This document shows positions 55,101 to 63,855 of a stretch of 64,000 nt of DNA, in pieces; positions within the stretch are counted from its first letter, which is position 1, and each line of letters starts with the position of its first letter. The notes beneath the pieces were generated by a model. That model was not told where the DNA came from, ran no database searches, and was given only the letters and a program-made list of their open reading frames with translations. A program made the position numbers and the translations under genes. Origin of the DNA: Laetmonice hystrix (taxonomy: Eukaryota). The stretch is taken from positions 34,596,001-34,660,000 of the forward strand of contig OZ249437.1 in NCBI GenBank assembly GCA_965235115.1, written 5' to 3'.

Positions 55101-58100
55101 GAGCTGGCCTCGTGGACAGTTGCCCTGCTTGCCGATCGCAAGCTGAGGCCGACAACCGCTTTGAACGTGACGAAGTCAGTGGCGAGTACAGATTCAAGAC
55201 CCCCAACATGTATGGTAAGGAAACTCAACTCACTATACTGGCTACATGTCATCAATAGATATCATACATAGCTTTAATTAGGATTGACAGAGATTATGTA
55301 ACTGAGTATGAGAGTTGCTCTCTCGTTGTCCTTTAGGCGGGTCTGCCAGCTGCGTGTACGAAGCGGAGAGCGGGGCCTTGGTAGAACAATCTCACATAAT
55401 GATGAGATACAAGGGTGACGTCGGGCGGCTCTGGCGCTATGCTGGGGTAGGTCGCCAGTCAGTCAGTAAAATGGTGGTAAAGTTGTCACGGCAATGTTAT
55501 AATATTATGGTGCTATGGTTGAGTGGTTCATCGATCAGTAGGTTGGGTAGGTTGGTTGTCAGTCAGAAATATGGTGGAAGTGTTGTGATCAGGACCCGGC
55601 AATGTGCTGCGCTGTGGTCGGGTAGCACAGATTATAGGCCTATTCATAGAAAGCTATTGGCTTATTTTTTAGTTTGGCCAGACCTTACAGCACACAGAAG
55701 CAGACGAGAAACCTTACGAATGGTGCTGTCATCTCTCGGGCTCCCAGAATGACAAGTTCTGCGCCTTATATCACGAAAAAAGGCCACTGAATGGCGGTTC
55801 CCAATACAAAGCTGCCACGATTGGTAAGCCAGGTCACTTGGGAATATATTTTGTGCAGTTACGTTTAGTACGTAGTATATTCAGGATAAAGAAATGGAAC
55901 CCCCAAAAAGCAAACAAACAAAATAACACCCTGAACCCCCCCCCCCCCTCCCTCCCAACAAAACAGACAGGAGGAACACAACAAAATTTACGTTCTAAGA
56001 GTTAGCAGTAAATTGTAACCCTCTGCCACAACCTTTTTGTTTGAGTAGTAACCAGACTTGTGCCTGCTAAATCTCCACCATAACTTGTATTTGACGTATT
56101 TTACAGGTAGCATCAGCGGAGCTCTCCACATGAATACTCTGGATGGGTACAGACATGCAGTGATAGGGTATGGAGAGTACTGGTTGTTAAAGAGTGATTC
56201 TCTCGCTGTAAACATCCAGATACGAACTGCCGTCTCACCATACCGAGCTGAGAATACTTCCATTTCTACGACCATTCTCATGTACGAATTTCAGATGTAT
56301 ATTTTTTTATAGAGTGCGAATACACAAACCTTTTCTTTTACAGCAGATATAAAATACTCAACTAAAGTAATTAATGTTTGCCTTCTCAAAAATGGGCTCA
56401 GTTCCAAAAGCTTAAGCTTAAGCTGAACGCTTCTAATTGGCTGGTCTAAGCTTAGACCAGCAAACCAGACATAATTTACACCCGCGCCTTTAATGTAATG
56501 TTTTCGCGGCGTTGTTGTAGTGCTGTGGCCGCCCAGGTGGGTGGAGCGGACAAACCGGTGTTACAGGCCTACTTGAACGGTTCAGATACGGTAGAGGTGT
56601 GTGTCAACAACGATACTTACAATGTGGTCGACCACGCCCCATTGGACGGCGCCGTCGTGCAACAATCGGAGCCAGGTATATGAAAAGAAACATCAGGGAG
56701 GGAGAGAGAATGAGAGAATAAATAAATAAGAGATACTTACCTTTATAGAAACAGAAGTATATGGAAGCCCTCACCAAACCCCTCATCTTGGCCATGCATC
56801 TGTGCTCTCTCTCGGCTGGCATATAATAAATTTAAGATTCTAGTATAATGGTAGCGTTTGCATCATATACGGGGGTTGGTCAAAGTGTCCGACGGTAAAA
56901 GCGTCCGAGTCAATGTGTCCGCCGCTTGAGTCAATGTGTCCGCAGTTTGAGTCAAAGTGTCCGGCGATAGGAGTCAAAGTGTCCGCCGGTCCAAAGGCCG
57001 TGGGCCCGGGGTTCAGGCCCAGTCGGTCAGGCCCAGTCAGGCCCGGGCGGGCAGCACGAACCCTGGCTCACCTCCCGGACCTAGGCCTAAGCGTAGCCAG
57101 TTTTTATAGTCGGATTTATTCATTTATGATTATGTATGGTAATCTGCTCGGACACTTTGACCAACGACCTCGGACACTTTGACCAACGACCTCAGACACT
57201 TTGACTAACGACCACGGACACTTTGACTTTTCACATCGGGCACTTTGACTAGCCCCCGGACACATTGACTGGTCGGACACTTTGGCGATCGGACGCATTG
57301 ACTATACTAGCATCTGGTGACATGGGTCTAATGTTTTCGCAAAACTCTATTAGTATAGCTAATATTTCTGTTTATAATAAACGGTGTCTGGTGCGTGAAG
57401 CCAAGTTGTTATCTGCGCCGTCCTTCTACAGGTCAGCTTTTGCTGGTGTTTTTCACCGGGGTCACAATCGTGGTGACTGCCCGCTCCGGCCGGCTTGCCG
57501 TCGACGTGGAAGTTAGTGAGACTTTCAAAGGCTGGCGTTTCGAGGGCCTGATGGGCAACTTCGATGGCGACGACTCAAATGACGTCACATGCAACGAATT
57601 GGAAAGCGACGACGATTTACTTGAACGGAGAAAATCGGAAACCAACTGCAGTCGTTCCAAAAGATGTCAGTGCTATCTTTGTATTTTATGTAATGCCTAA
57701 AGCCGGCCACACACCAAGGAAACTGGGTCATCCGACCCGACCGGACTGGACAGTTTCCTTGGTGTGTGCGCCCCTACGACCCGACGAGACGGTTTTTGCC
57801 AGTCGGCGACGGCCAGTTTTTCAGATTAAACATGTTGAATATGAAAGACTGCGACTCCCGACTCCCGACTCGGTGTGTGTTGACAGTCGGCAGTCTTTAG
57901 TCGGCTGGGAGGCAATAGCCAATCAGTGCTCGGCAAAGTACCATGTGATGATTCGTGTCATGTGATCCATATCTGAAGGCCTAGTGTCCATACGGGAAAA
58001 AAGAAGAGGCATGGAAGAAAGTAGCAGCAGAGTTTGAGGAAAAGTGGAATTTTCCTCATTGTGTTGGAGCACTGGATGGCAAGCACATCAGACTCAAACC

Positions 58101-61100
58101 ACCAGCAAATTTCGGGTCCATTTTCCATAATTATAAACTAAATTATATTATTGAAGGACTATTTCAACTCAACAGACGGGGCAGTATCATGGCAGGATAG
58201 CATGATTTGTTAAACTTAAAGTGCCACTCATTTCAACTGGATGAATTTGATCAATTTTCGATCCTGTACGACCTACTCGAAGTTGCGCAATCACAAACTG
58301 TTTACTTTGGTGGTTTGAGCAAAGTTCCACATGGAGCGCTGTAGTTGCACGCTTAGTATGGAAGATTTCCGGGTGGGGCGCATCCATCGCATCAACGACT
58401 GTCAGTCGGGAGTCGGCTCGGTGTGTGCGGGGGGCACACACCTAGTCTTAGCGCCATAAAACTGGTCAGTCTCTGCGACTGACCCAGTTTCCTTGGTGTG
58501 TGGCCGGCTTTAGACTTGAGAATGAAGATTCAATACATACTAGATAGCTTCAGTTGAACTAGCCTATATGAAACCCAATTACAGGTAGGAATCCCCCTTT
58601 TCTTAAATACTTTGTTCACTCCAAAACAATTGTAAATTAGATGAATTATTCCACTGTTTTTGTTTAAAGGTGAACTACGTACCTACTACGGCCCCACGTA
58701 CGCCGATTTCTACACGCTCTTTTTTAAGTACGCGTACCCGAGCTCGGCCAACGAATACTTTTATGACGCGATCTTATTGACTTGTGACCAGCCGTGTATG
58801 TGGACCGAGCTCGCTGAGGACATCTGCCAGTTGCCCCTTGGGGTCGTGTCCATAAGGTGTCTATGTGAGCTCGCTTTTACCGGAAACGTAACTTGGGCGC
58901 TAGAAACTCTCGACCGAGAGAGGACTGACTTACAACGGAACACGCATTGTTGTAAGTTTTTGTTCTGAACAATCATAATTATGGGAAATGGATTTTTGTA
59001 AGACAAGGTAAGCCAAATATTTTATGTCACTAAGAGAACCGTCTTCATTCATACTCGTAAAACAGCGGTGTTGACGATTTGGCGACTTGGGGGGGGGGGG
59101 GGGTCAAAGGCGGTGTAACTATGTACCTGGTCATCAACTTTGGTAATTTAGATATCATAATCAATTTAGATATCACGATTTTACAATGTTCATCATCGCT
59201 TGACGTCATGTGAATTACCCTATATAGCCTACATGACGTTTAATAGCCTACATATTGCCGGTGCGAGTGACTGGGAAGTTCTTGTCTTTTCCAGTGAATT
59301 CCCCCAAATTCGACCAAATTACTCCACATCGGATGGAAGCGAGGGTGAACTCGGAGAGACTGGTCACTCTGCGTGCTCGAGATCGCTACGAGCCACGTGG
59401 TATTGTGACGTTTTACGTCCTCATCCACACCCGTTCGGAGACCGGTGACGTCACGACACACCAACTGAATCTGACCGCGACACGGTCGACAGGAGACTGG
59501 TTCCAAGTTCAGGTTCGGCTGGAGATCCAGGACGGAGTCGCAGGCGTGGAACTGTGGGCTGTGAATGAAGCAGGGGCCAAGGCTGTTCGTTTCCTTGAAG
59601 TGGTGATTTGTCATTGCGCCGAAGAAAGTTCCTGCTACTACAGCTATAGACAGCAGGGAACGGTGAGATATCGCTATTATAACTAGGCTATACATGGGAG
59701 GAGGAGATATAGATTATAATGTCACAAAGAGATTGGAGGCTGTGTCAACATCACCCCCCCCCCCCCTATATATATAATATGAGATTTCCAAGAGCTTCAG
59801 TTTCTCTTAGTTTTTCATTTAAAGGCCCCGATACACAGACCGATTTACGGCCGATATTTTAATTTTTTTCTCCATAATTTTCCTATGAAAGGTCCGCCTC
59901 TGGCAGTCATGCATGAACTACCTGAATTGTGAAAAGACGTTCTACTGTACTGAATGATGTAGAAATGACCATGATGTTGGCAGGGACAGGACGGGTACGT
60001 CCGACACGCCGGTTGTCGATGTCCTGGAGGGATGGAGGGAGACGAATGTCGGACTGAGCGCGACGTTTGCCAGCAGAGACTCTGTCACGGAGGTCGGCAC
60101 CTACTGACTAAACTAAATGACATTAGGCCTACTAGTCTCCAGACCCGATATAATACTATAACCCTAACCGTAGCTATAAAAACCTATAGAGTTGCATTCA
60201 TTCGAAAAGTGTAAAAAGTGTAAGCAAGTGTAAACATTGGCCGATTGAAGTGTACGATTTACCTATAATCGCGGTCCGTTTCCGTAGCTTGTACTGACCG
60301 ACCTGGACATGAACTTGGTCTTGACGGTCGGGAATTCAGCTGTAAACCATGTTTGCCTCCATTGGTGGGAGACGGCACAATGTGTACTGGTGAGTCATTG
60401 GTAGCTTTCTCAGGGGCCGGTGGAGCCGATATTCCCTGCGTTGGTAAAGAAACGAGGAATATGTCTTCCTAGAAAAATCCCCACTTCATTATATTAATTT
60501 CATCCTGTACTGTTTGAGGTTCCCCAGGATTTAATTGTTACCTACATAGAGAAAGTCTGAGGAATGTTATTCAAAGCCCAGGCATTGATTGATGAAAACG
60601 TCTTGTTTTAATGGTACAGATGTGAACGAATGTGTGCTGGCCCCTGATGACGAGAACAGACATAGCTGTTCTCATGACTGTGTTAACAAAATGAACGGGT
60701 ACGAATGCAGAGCCAGGCCCGGCTACTGGCTTAGTTCTGATGGCCAGAACGTCGAAGGTTTGTTTCTCTAGCAACGAATATACATTAACCTTTTGGTGGT
60801 ACAATATTTATATTTTCTTTTAACACTAGTTGTACATTTGGTGACATTTTCGTACCATTGATTATAGGTGAAAGTAATAGTTTGGAAAAAGTTAATAGTT
60901 TAGAAGAAGTTAATCGTTTAGAAGAAGTTAATAGTTTATAGGAAGTTCATAGTTTAGAAGAAGTTCATAGTTTAGAAGTTCATAGTTACGAAGAAGTTCA
61001 TAGTTACGAAGAAGTTCAGAGTTACGAAGAAGTTCATAGTTATGAAGAAGTTCATAGTTACGAAGAAGTTCTTAGTTTAGAAGAAGTTCATAGTTTAGAA

Positions 61101-62887
61101 GAAGTTCATAGTTTAGAAGAAGTTCTTAGTTTAGAAGAAGTTCTTAGTTTAGAAGAAGTTAATAGTTTAGAAGAAGTTCATAGTTTAGAAGTTCATAGTT
61201 TAGAAGAAGTTCATAGTTTAGAAGAATTTCATAGTTTAGAAGTTCATAGTTTAGAAGAAGTTTTTAGTTTAGAAGAGGTTAATAGTTTTGAGGAAGTTCA
61301 TAGTTACTAAGAAGTTCATAGTTACGAAGAGGTGGTTGTGTTTCAGACCGGCCGGAATGTGTTATACCCCTGTTGAATGGTTGCGATCAGTCGACCGCGA
61401 CCTGTGCCGAGACGGAAGGTGGTTTCAGTTGTGTTTGTCACCCTGGCTATACGGCCGGTGGAGGCAACACTTGTGTTGGTAAGACACTTCAAAACTAAAA
61501 TAAACTTAGATAGGATCAATGCCGGTTTTCTTTTAAATCAAAGCCTTAAACATAAGCAAGAATATAAGTTTGAGAGAGCCAGGCCCGTGTATTCTACCAT
61601 GAAAGAAGGCGAGGCCAGCTTCAAGCCTGGAGCGAGCGGCGGCCAGGTAAAGTTTTCCGCAGGCCTGATGTAGGTTGAACATTCTATCCGTATTAATTAT
61701 ATCATTTTTAATCCCATATTTCAGATGTCGATGAATGTCAAACTGACAATGGCGGTTGTCATCAGTATTGTGAGAACACGGTAGGAAGTTTCCATTGCTG
61801 CTGTGCTCCCGGCTACCAGCTAGATTCCAAAAACAGCTTGCAATGTGTCCGTAAGTATAACCTCAAATATAGCGGGGAAAACTTTGATTTGCTTTCCTAT
61901 TTCTTCCTAAATGACGACTGGAGTTTTGGGATGTTATAACAGGAGTATGAGGTATGATATATACCTTTTGATATATACCTTTGTATATATATGTAATACA
62001 GTAAATCCTTTAAGCCTCCAATATGAAACGCCTTCGATTGAAGAAAACCTCCATACAAATTAAAACGCATATTTCCAGTTCGGTTTTACAATGACAGTCA
62101 GAACCCTCCCGTTAAGGAATAGCTCTATAAGGAACTTTTCAGTCCGTAAAAGTGCTCCCTTTTAGAGAACATATAGTGATAATTATTATAGGCCTAATGC
62201 ATTTTTACATATTCCAGCTTATGACAGAATCAAGACTCCACATCGATGTGGGCCCTTCGAGTGTAACCAGACTAATGACATTTACTGGTGTAGATGTGAG
62301 AAGGGTTACAACCCTCCACCAGACATTCTCAACGTGTTCCCTTGTGAAGGCAAGTATTGTCCTCCAACATTCATAGCATGTAAAACTTTGGTTCGATTTC
62401 GTACACTGACCGTGCTGTTATTACGACCCAAGAGCAGTGATTTTGTATACAATCTGTAGGGATATTATATTATATTTATAATACTGATTGATTTCTAATA
62501 CTTCTCCAGTAATTGCCACTGGGGTTGCTAGTGACCCGGAGATATGTTCGTACGGACAGGGCGGTATCTATGAGTGCAGGTGTAGGCCAGGCCACAGACC
62601 CAGTCTCAATATGACGTTCGTCTGTGAGGGTAAGTATAGGAGAGTCAAACATAGAGTATGTCATGTAACACCACTCATGTTGGCCAGTCTATAATAATAT
62701 GAGTGTTTGCTAAACACATGTAAACAACACTGGATACATGTCACCCGTACAGATGAGGACGAGTGTAGTCCGGCGTCACGTTCGTACGCCAACTGTAGCC
62801 ATACGTGTGTCAACACTCCCGGGTCGTATCGCTGTGAATGTCAGTTGGGATTCAAGGCAGACCCAGCTAACCCGGCCCGATGTCTTG
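4015..62887 (+). CDS. Giant multi-exon secreted/cell-surface protein (~6,360 aa, 106 exons): signal peptide - ~33 CARDB-like repeats - EGFx4 - TSP1 - EGFx3 - NIDO - AMOP - VWD - linker - EGFx7+ (MUC4/SUSD2-like C-terminal module); 3' end unresolved
   Basis: Manual splicing at AG/GT (two GC donors) gives one open frame. Summed exon length is 19,072 nt (3n+1), matching the phase-1 donor at 62887. Recognisable motifs: DETNN-type repeat ends, DIDEC EGF starts, WSEWSAW TSP1, IAPLWAD and NTFQ NIDO, CLRWY and [30 protein letters not shown]. Confidence 0.9.
4496..9258 (+). CDS. CARDB-like repeats 1-5
   Basis: Exons 4496-4756, 5021-5212, 5529-5728, 5827-5971, 6350-6424, 6605-6808, 6969-7223 (GC donor), 7610-7810, 8212-8397, 8706-8934, 9089-9258. 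Motifs such as [38 protein letters not shown]...C. Confidence 0.8.
9369..17932 (+). CDS. CARDB-like repeats 6-10
   Basis: Exons 9369-9611, 9929-10096, 10210-10286, 10737-10932, 11355-11507, 11900-11997, 12734-12902, 14308-14469, 14890-15123, 15615-15788, 16699-16776, 17105-17271, 17507-17670, 17838-17932; phases are compatible throughout. Confidence 0.75.
12160..12725. repeat. 51-bp intronic minisatellite, ~11 copies
   Basis: Unit ATTACTTTACAATGTGTTTATTATGATGTACTGTTTTACA(A/T)TAATTACGGG; ends immediately before the acceptor of exon 12734. Confidence 0.95.
13318..14370 (+). repeat. 95-bp tandem repeat x11 made of an intron 3' end plus the first ~60 nt of exon 14308
   Basis: Copies start at 13318, 13413, 13508, 13609, 13704, 13799, 13894, 13989, 14084, 14179, 14274. 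Only the last continues into the rest of the exon. Confidence 0.95.
15990..16640. repeat. 30-bp intronic minisatellite, ~22 copies
   Basis: Unit GTGAGTGAATTGATGGTTGTTGTACGCCCA; accounts for the four long spurious ORFs between 15893 and 16814. Confidence 0.95.
18281..23537 (+). CDS. CARDB-like repeats 11-15
   Basis: Exons 18281-18363, 18728-18895, 19025-19166, 19326-19468, 19616-19729, 19970-20126, 20263-20409, 20587-20751, 21049-21210 ([15 protein letters not shown]), 21487-21732, 22167-22337, 22444-22643, 22852-22972, 23412-23537. Confidence 0.78.
18348..18467 (+). repeat. 30-bp tandem repeat x4 spanning the donor of exon 18281
   Basis: Unit CAATCTAACATTGAGG|GTAAGACATAACTA; potential donors after 18363, 18393, 18423, 18453. 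Confidence 0.95.
22966..23235. repeat. 26-bp minisatellite, ~10 copies, starting at the donor of exon 22852-22972
   Basis: Unit CAGTACTTCTGTACAAAATTGTATAA. Confidence 0.9.
23741..29821 (+). CDS. CARDB-like repeats 16-20
   Basis: Exons 23741-23950, 24197-24400, 24984-25177, 25424-25586, 25951-26022 ([19 protein letters not shown]), 26267-26460, 26868-27069, 27594-27680, 27983-28189, 28513-28782, 29006-29286, 29686-29821. Confidence 0.8.
24485..24605. repeat. 21-bp tandem repeat (~6 copies) within a probable intronic insertion (~24405-24900)
   Basis: Unit CATTTCTCTTCTGCGCCGGCC with variants; the TTTCTCTTC motif recurs nearby in both orientations. Confidence 0.8.
28427..28486. mobile_element. 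Tiny hairpin/MITE-like element (CAG...CTG ends)
   Basis: CAGGGGCGGATCCAG ... CTGGATCCGCCACTG inverted repeat; a related GCATCCAGGATTT + poly-G remnant lies near 15178. Confidence 0.5.
30048..37527 (+). CDS. CARDB-like repeats 21-27
   Basis: Exons 30048-30338, 30486-30608, 31235-31459, 31737-31946, 32257-32388, 32735-33037 ([15 protein letters not shown]), 33259-33437, 33579-33696, 34059-34241, 34500-34679, 35004-35240, 35426-35623, 35759-35912, 36165-36265, 36610-36879, 37363-37527. Confidence 0.8.
30720..30860. repeat. (CT)/(CTGT) microsatellite
   Basis: Direct reading of the sequence. Confidence 0.9.
37654..42962 (+). CDS. CARDB-like repeats 28-33, including the single 1,191-nt exon 37896-39086
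   Basis: Exons 37654-37773, 37896-39086, 39345-39490, 39944-40065, 40585-40793, 41052-41147, 41360-41686 ([15 protein letters not shown]), 42157-42401, 42779-42962. The 446-aa ORF 37841-39181 shows three consecutive repeats ([26 protein letters not shown]; [20 protein letters not shown]). Confidence 0.85.
41750..41830. repeat. (AG)n-rich microsatellite
   Basis: Direct reading of the sequence. Confidence 0.9.
43320..50642 (+). CDS. Four calcium-binding-type EGF exons
   Basis: 43320-43478 (DVDECAEG...[14 protein letters not shown]), 49141-49290 (DIDECAGSS), 50191-50313 ([12 protein letters not shown]), 50529-50642 ([10 protein letters not shown]); all phase 1-1. Confidence 0.9.
43604..48923 (+). 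mobile_element. DIRS1-like tyrosine-recombinase retrotransposon, full-length termini, ORFs decayed
   Basis: Non-identical ITRs (43607-43670 and ~48814-48881) plus a right extension. ICR 48589-48709 is the reverse complement of both termini joined at AAT; ATT flanks both ends. Remnants: gag-like ([17 protein letters not shown], ~45640), RT ([14 protein letters not shown], ~46200), RNase H (DNTTAVA*INNIGGT, ~46950), methyltransferase-like (IDLLASRLN, ~47190), YR ([20 protein letters not shown], ~47975). Confidence 0.92.
43742..44230. repeat. ~130-bp tandem repeat x4 inside the DIRS 5' region
   Basis: Recurrent CACTCGTCTCTCAAACACATGCTAC...GGGGTAGACGTTGTGTGCAACAGGATAGAGATCCTGTTGCGAGAG...GACATGACTCAAACGGGTGGCTGG. 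Confidence 0.9.
49485..50204 (+). repeat. 34-bp tandem repeat, ~21 copies, made of the acceptor plus first 14 nt (DIDEC) of EGF exon 50191
   Basis: Unit CTTTGTCCGTGTATCAG|ACATTGATGAGTGCTAC. Confidence 0.95.
50968..51189 (+). CDS. Thrombospondin type-1 (TSP1) exon
   Basis: [41 protein letters not shown]...PCHVRDC; phase 1-1. Confidence 0.92.
51488..51845 (+). repeat. 35-bp tandem repeat, ~10 copies, made of the acceptor plus 5' end of EGF exon 51816
   Basis: Unit TTTTCTTCCCAG|GTCATACCCAGTGGTGTAAGATG. Confidence 0.93.
51816..52709 (+). CDS. Three EGF-like exons
   Basis: 51816-51965 ([18 protein letters not shown]...GIRCE, 5 Cys), 52214-52345 (DIDECMETG), 52581-52709 ([17 protein letters not shown]). 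Confidence 0.85.
53136..54834 (+). CDS. NIDO domain exons (last exon runs into the start of AMOP)
   Basis: 53136-53278 ([10 protein letters not shown]), 53592-53768 (ISENGVI...IAPLWAD), 53922-54074 (IWYQVY...LKVTWSEM), 54210-54310 (NTFQALVV), 54573-54834 (GGLPARSGF...[11 protein letters not shown]). Confidence 0.88.
55076..55823 (+). CDS. AMOP domain exons
   Basis: 55076-55214 ([15 protein letters not shown]), 55337-55446 ([12 protein letters not shown]), 55691-55823 ([10 protein letters not shown]...[10 protein letters not shown]); an alternative in-frame acceptor at 55673 is possible. Confidence 0.82.
56107..58951 (+). CDS. von Willebrand factor type D (VWD) domain and following Cys-containing region
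   Basis: 56107-56281 ([22 protein letters not shown]), 56521-56675 (AVAAQ), 57432-57665 ([15 protein letters not shown]), 58670-58951. Confidence 0.82.
56875..57305. mobile_element. Foldback/MITE-like element with multimeric inverted subterminal motifs
   Basis: Left arm repeats GTCAA(A/T)GTGTCCG (~6x); right arm repeats its reverse complement CGGACAC(T/A)TTGAC (~7x); GC-rich spacer. Confidence 0.75.
57700..58510. mobile_element. 811-bp non-autonomous DNA transposon (MITE) with perfect TIRs
   Basis: AAGCCGGCCACACACCAAGGAAACTGGGTCA at 57700 and its exact reverse complement ending at 58510; TA on both flanks; no transposase ORF seen. Confidence 0.85.
59295..62887 (+). CDS. Beta-rich linker and C-terminal EGF-like array
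   Basis: 59295-59662, 59984-60092, 60288-60389, 60620-60757, 61347-61478, 61725-61850, 62218-62349 (GC donor), 62510-62629, 62753-62887. Confidence 0.85.
60890..61330. repeat. 15-18-bp intronic minisatellite (~25 units)
   Basis: Unit AGAAGAAGTTCATAGTTT with variants; ends just before the acceptor of exon 61347. Confidence 0.9.
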
Positions 62888-62959
62888 GTATGTCACAGTC
62901 AATGCAGATTCCTTTATTTAGCCTTTATTTCCCTCAGTTTGACATGTAGGCCTATTATA

Positions 62960-63647
62960 TAGTAAACTCCGCCTAAGTCGACACTTTTGGGACCAGCGTT
63001 TTTGTGTCGGCTTAGAGAAATGACGAGATACACATAAGTCGTCATTATGTCGATTTTTGCATAAGATGACATATGGACGGCATGTGTGTATGCCGATACA
63101 CTGTAGCCTACACCGTCAGCACAAATTATGATAACACTGACGGCTATAGGGCATCTCCAGTTAAATATACATGTATACACGTAGCTGCAATGTATATCAT
63201 GCTACTCAAAGAAATTCAATCAAACCAAGAGAAACAAAAAAATCTACAATAGGTAGCAGGAGGTCACATTTGTGACGTTCCGAGGCTCATAATCTACTAG
63301 CACCTTCTCGCCATGATTAGAACACGGTGAGAAACAGATGCCCGCTTCAAAGGTTCATTTTCCAGTACTACTCACTGGGCGGCCAGGCTTACGTTACAGC
63401 TCGCCCGTGTCGACTTAGAGGTAAACATTTATATGTATAAACGTTATACTTGGGGCCAGACTCGGTGTGTCGGCTTAGGCCAAGTGCCGACTGACAAGTG
63501 TCGGCTTTGACGATGTATTCTACATAGAATTAACATTAGACCAAATCGTGATTTTAGGAATTGCGTCGACTTAGTTTGTCGGCTTACACGCTGGCGACTT
63601 AGGTGATTTGTCGGCTTACACCTTGGCGACTTAGGCGGAGTTTACTA
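62960..63647. mobile_element. ~690-bp MITE, Tc1/pogo-like termini
   Basis: TIR TAGTAAACTCCGCCTAAGTCG / CGACTTAGGCGGAGTTTACTA; internal repeats of GTCGGCTTA / GTCGACTTAG; left flank TA, right flank CA. Confidence 0.75.
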
Positions 63648-63778
63648 CATATTAAATGTCTATATGAAAGCATTGTCAGATTTTTGGAACCAGTGCGTCA
63701 ACTTGGCTCTTACCATATGTTTCAAAGCGGAAAGAGACTTATAGTTTTCTCTTTCACTGCTGTTCACTCCTAATATAG

Positions 63779-63855
63779 GAGCATCAGGCACGTTAAAACA
63801 GTTGCTGTTTAGCCATCAATGCCCAGAACACACCTTTGATTGGAAGGAGACATAA
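63779..63855 (+). CDS. Possible next or terminal coding exon (ASGTLKQLLFSHQCPEHTFDWKET*)
   Basis: Acceptor taatatag|GA in the required phase 1, stop TAA at 63853-63855. An alternative acceptor gtttag|CC gives an open phase 1-1 exon ending at the downstream cccc|gtaagt donor. Ambiguous. Confidence 0.3.
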
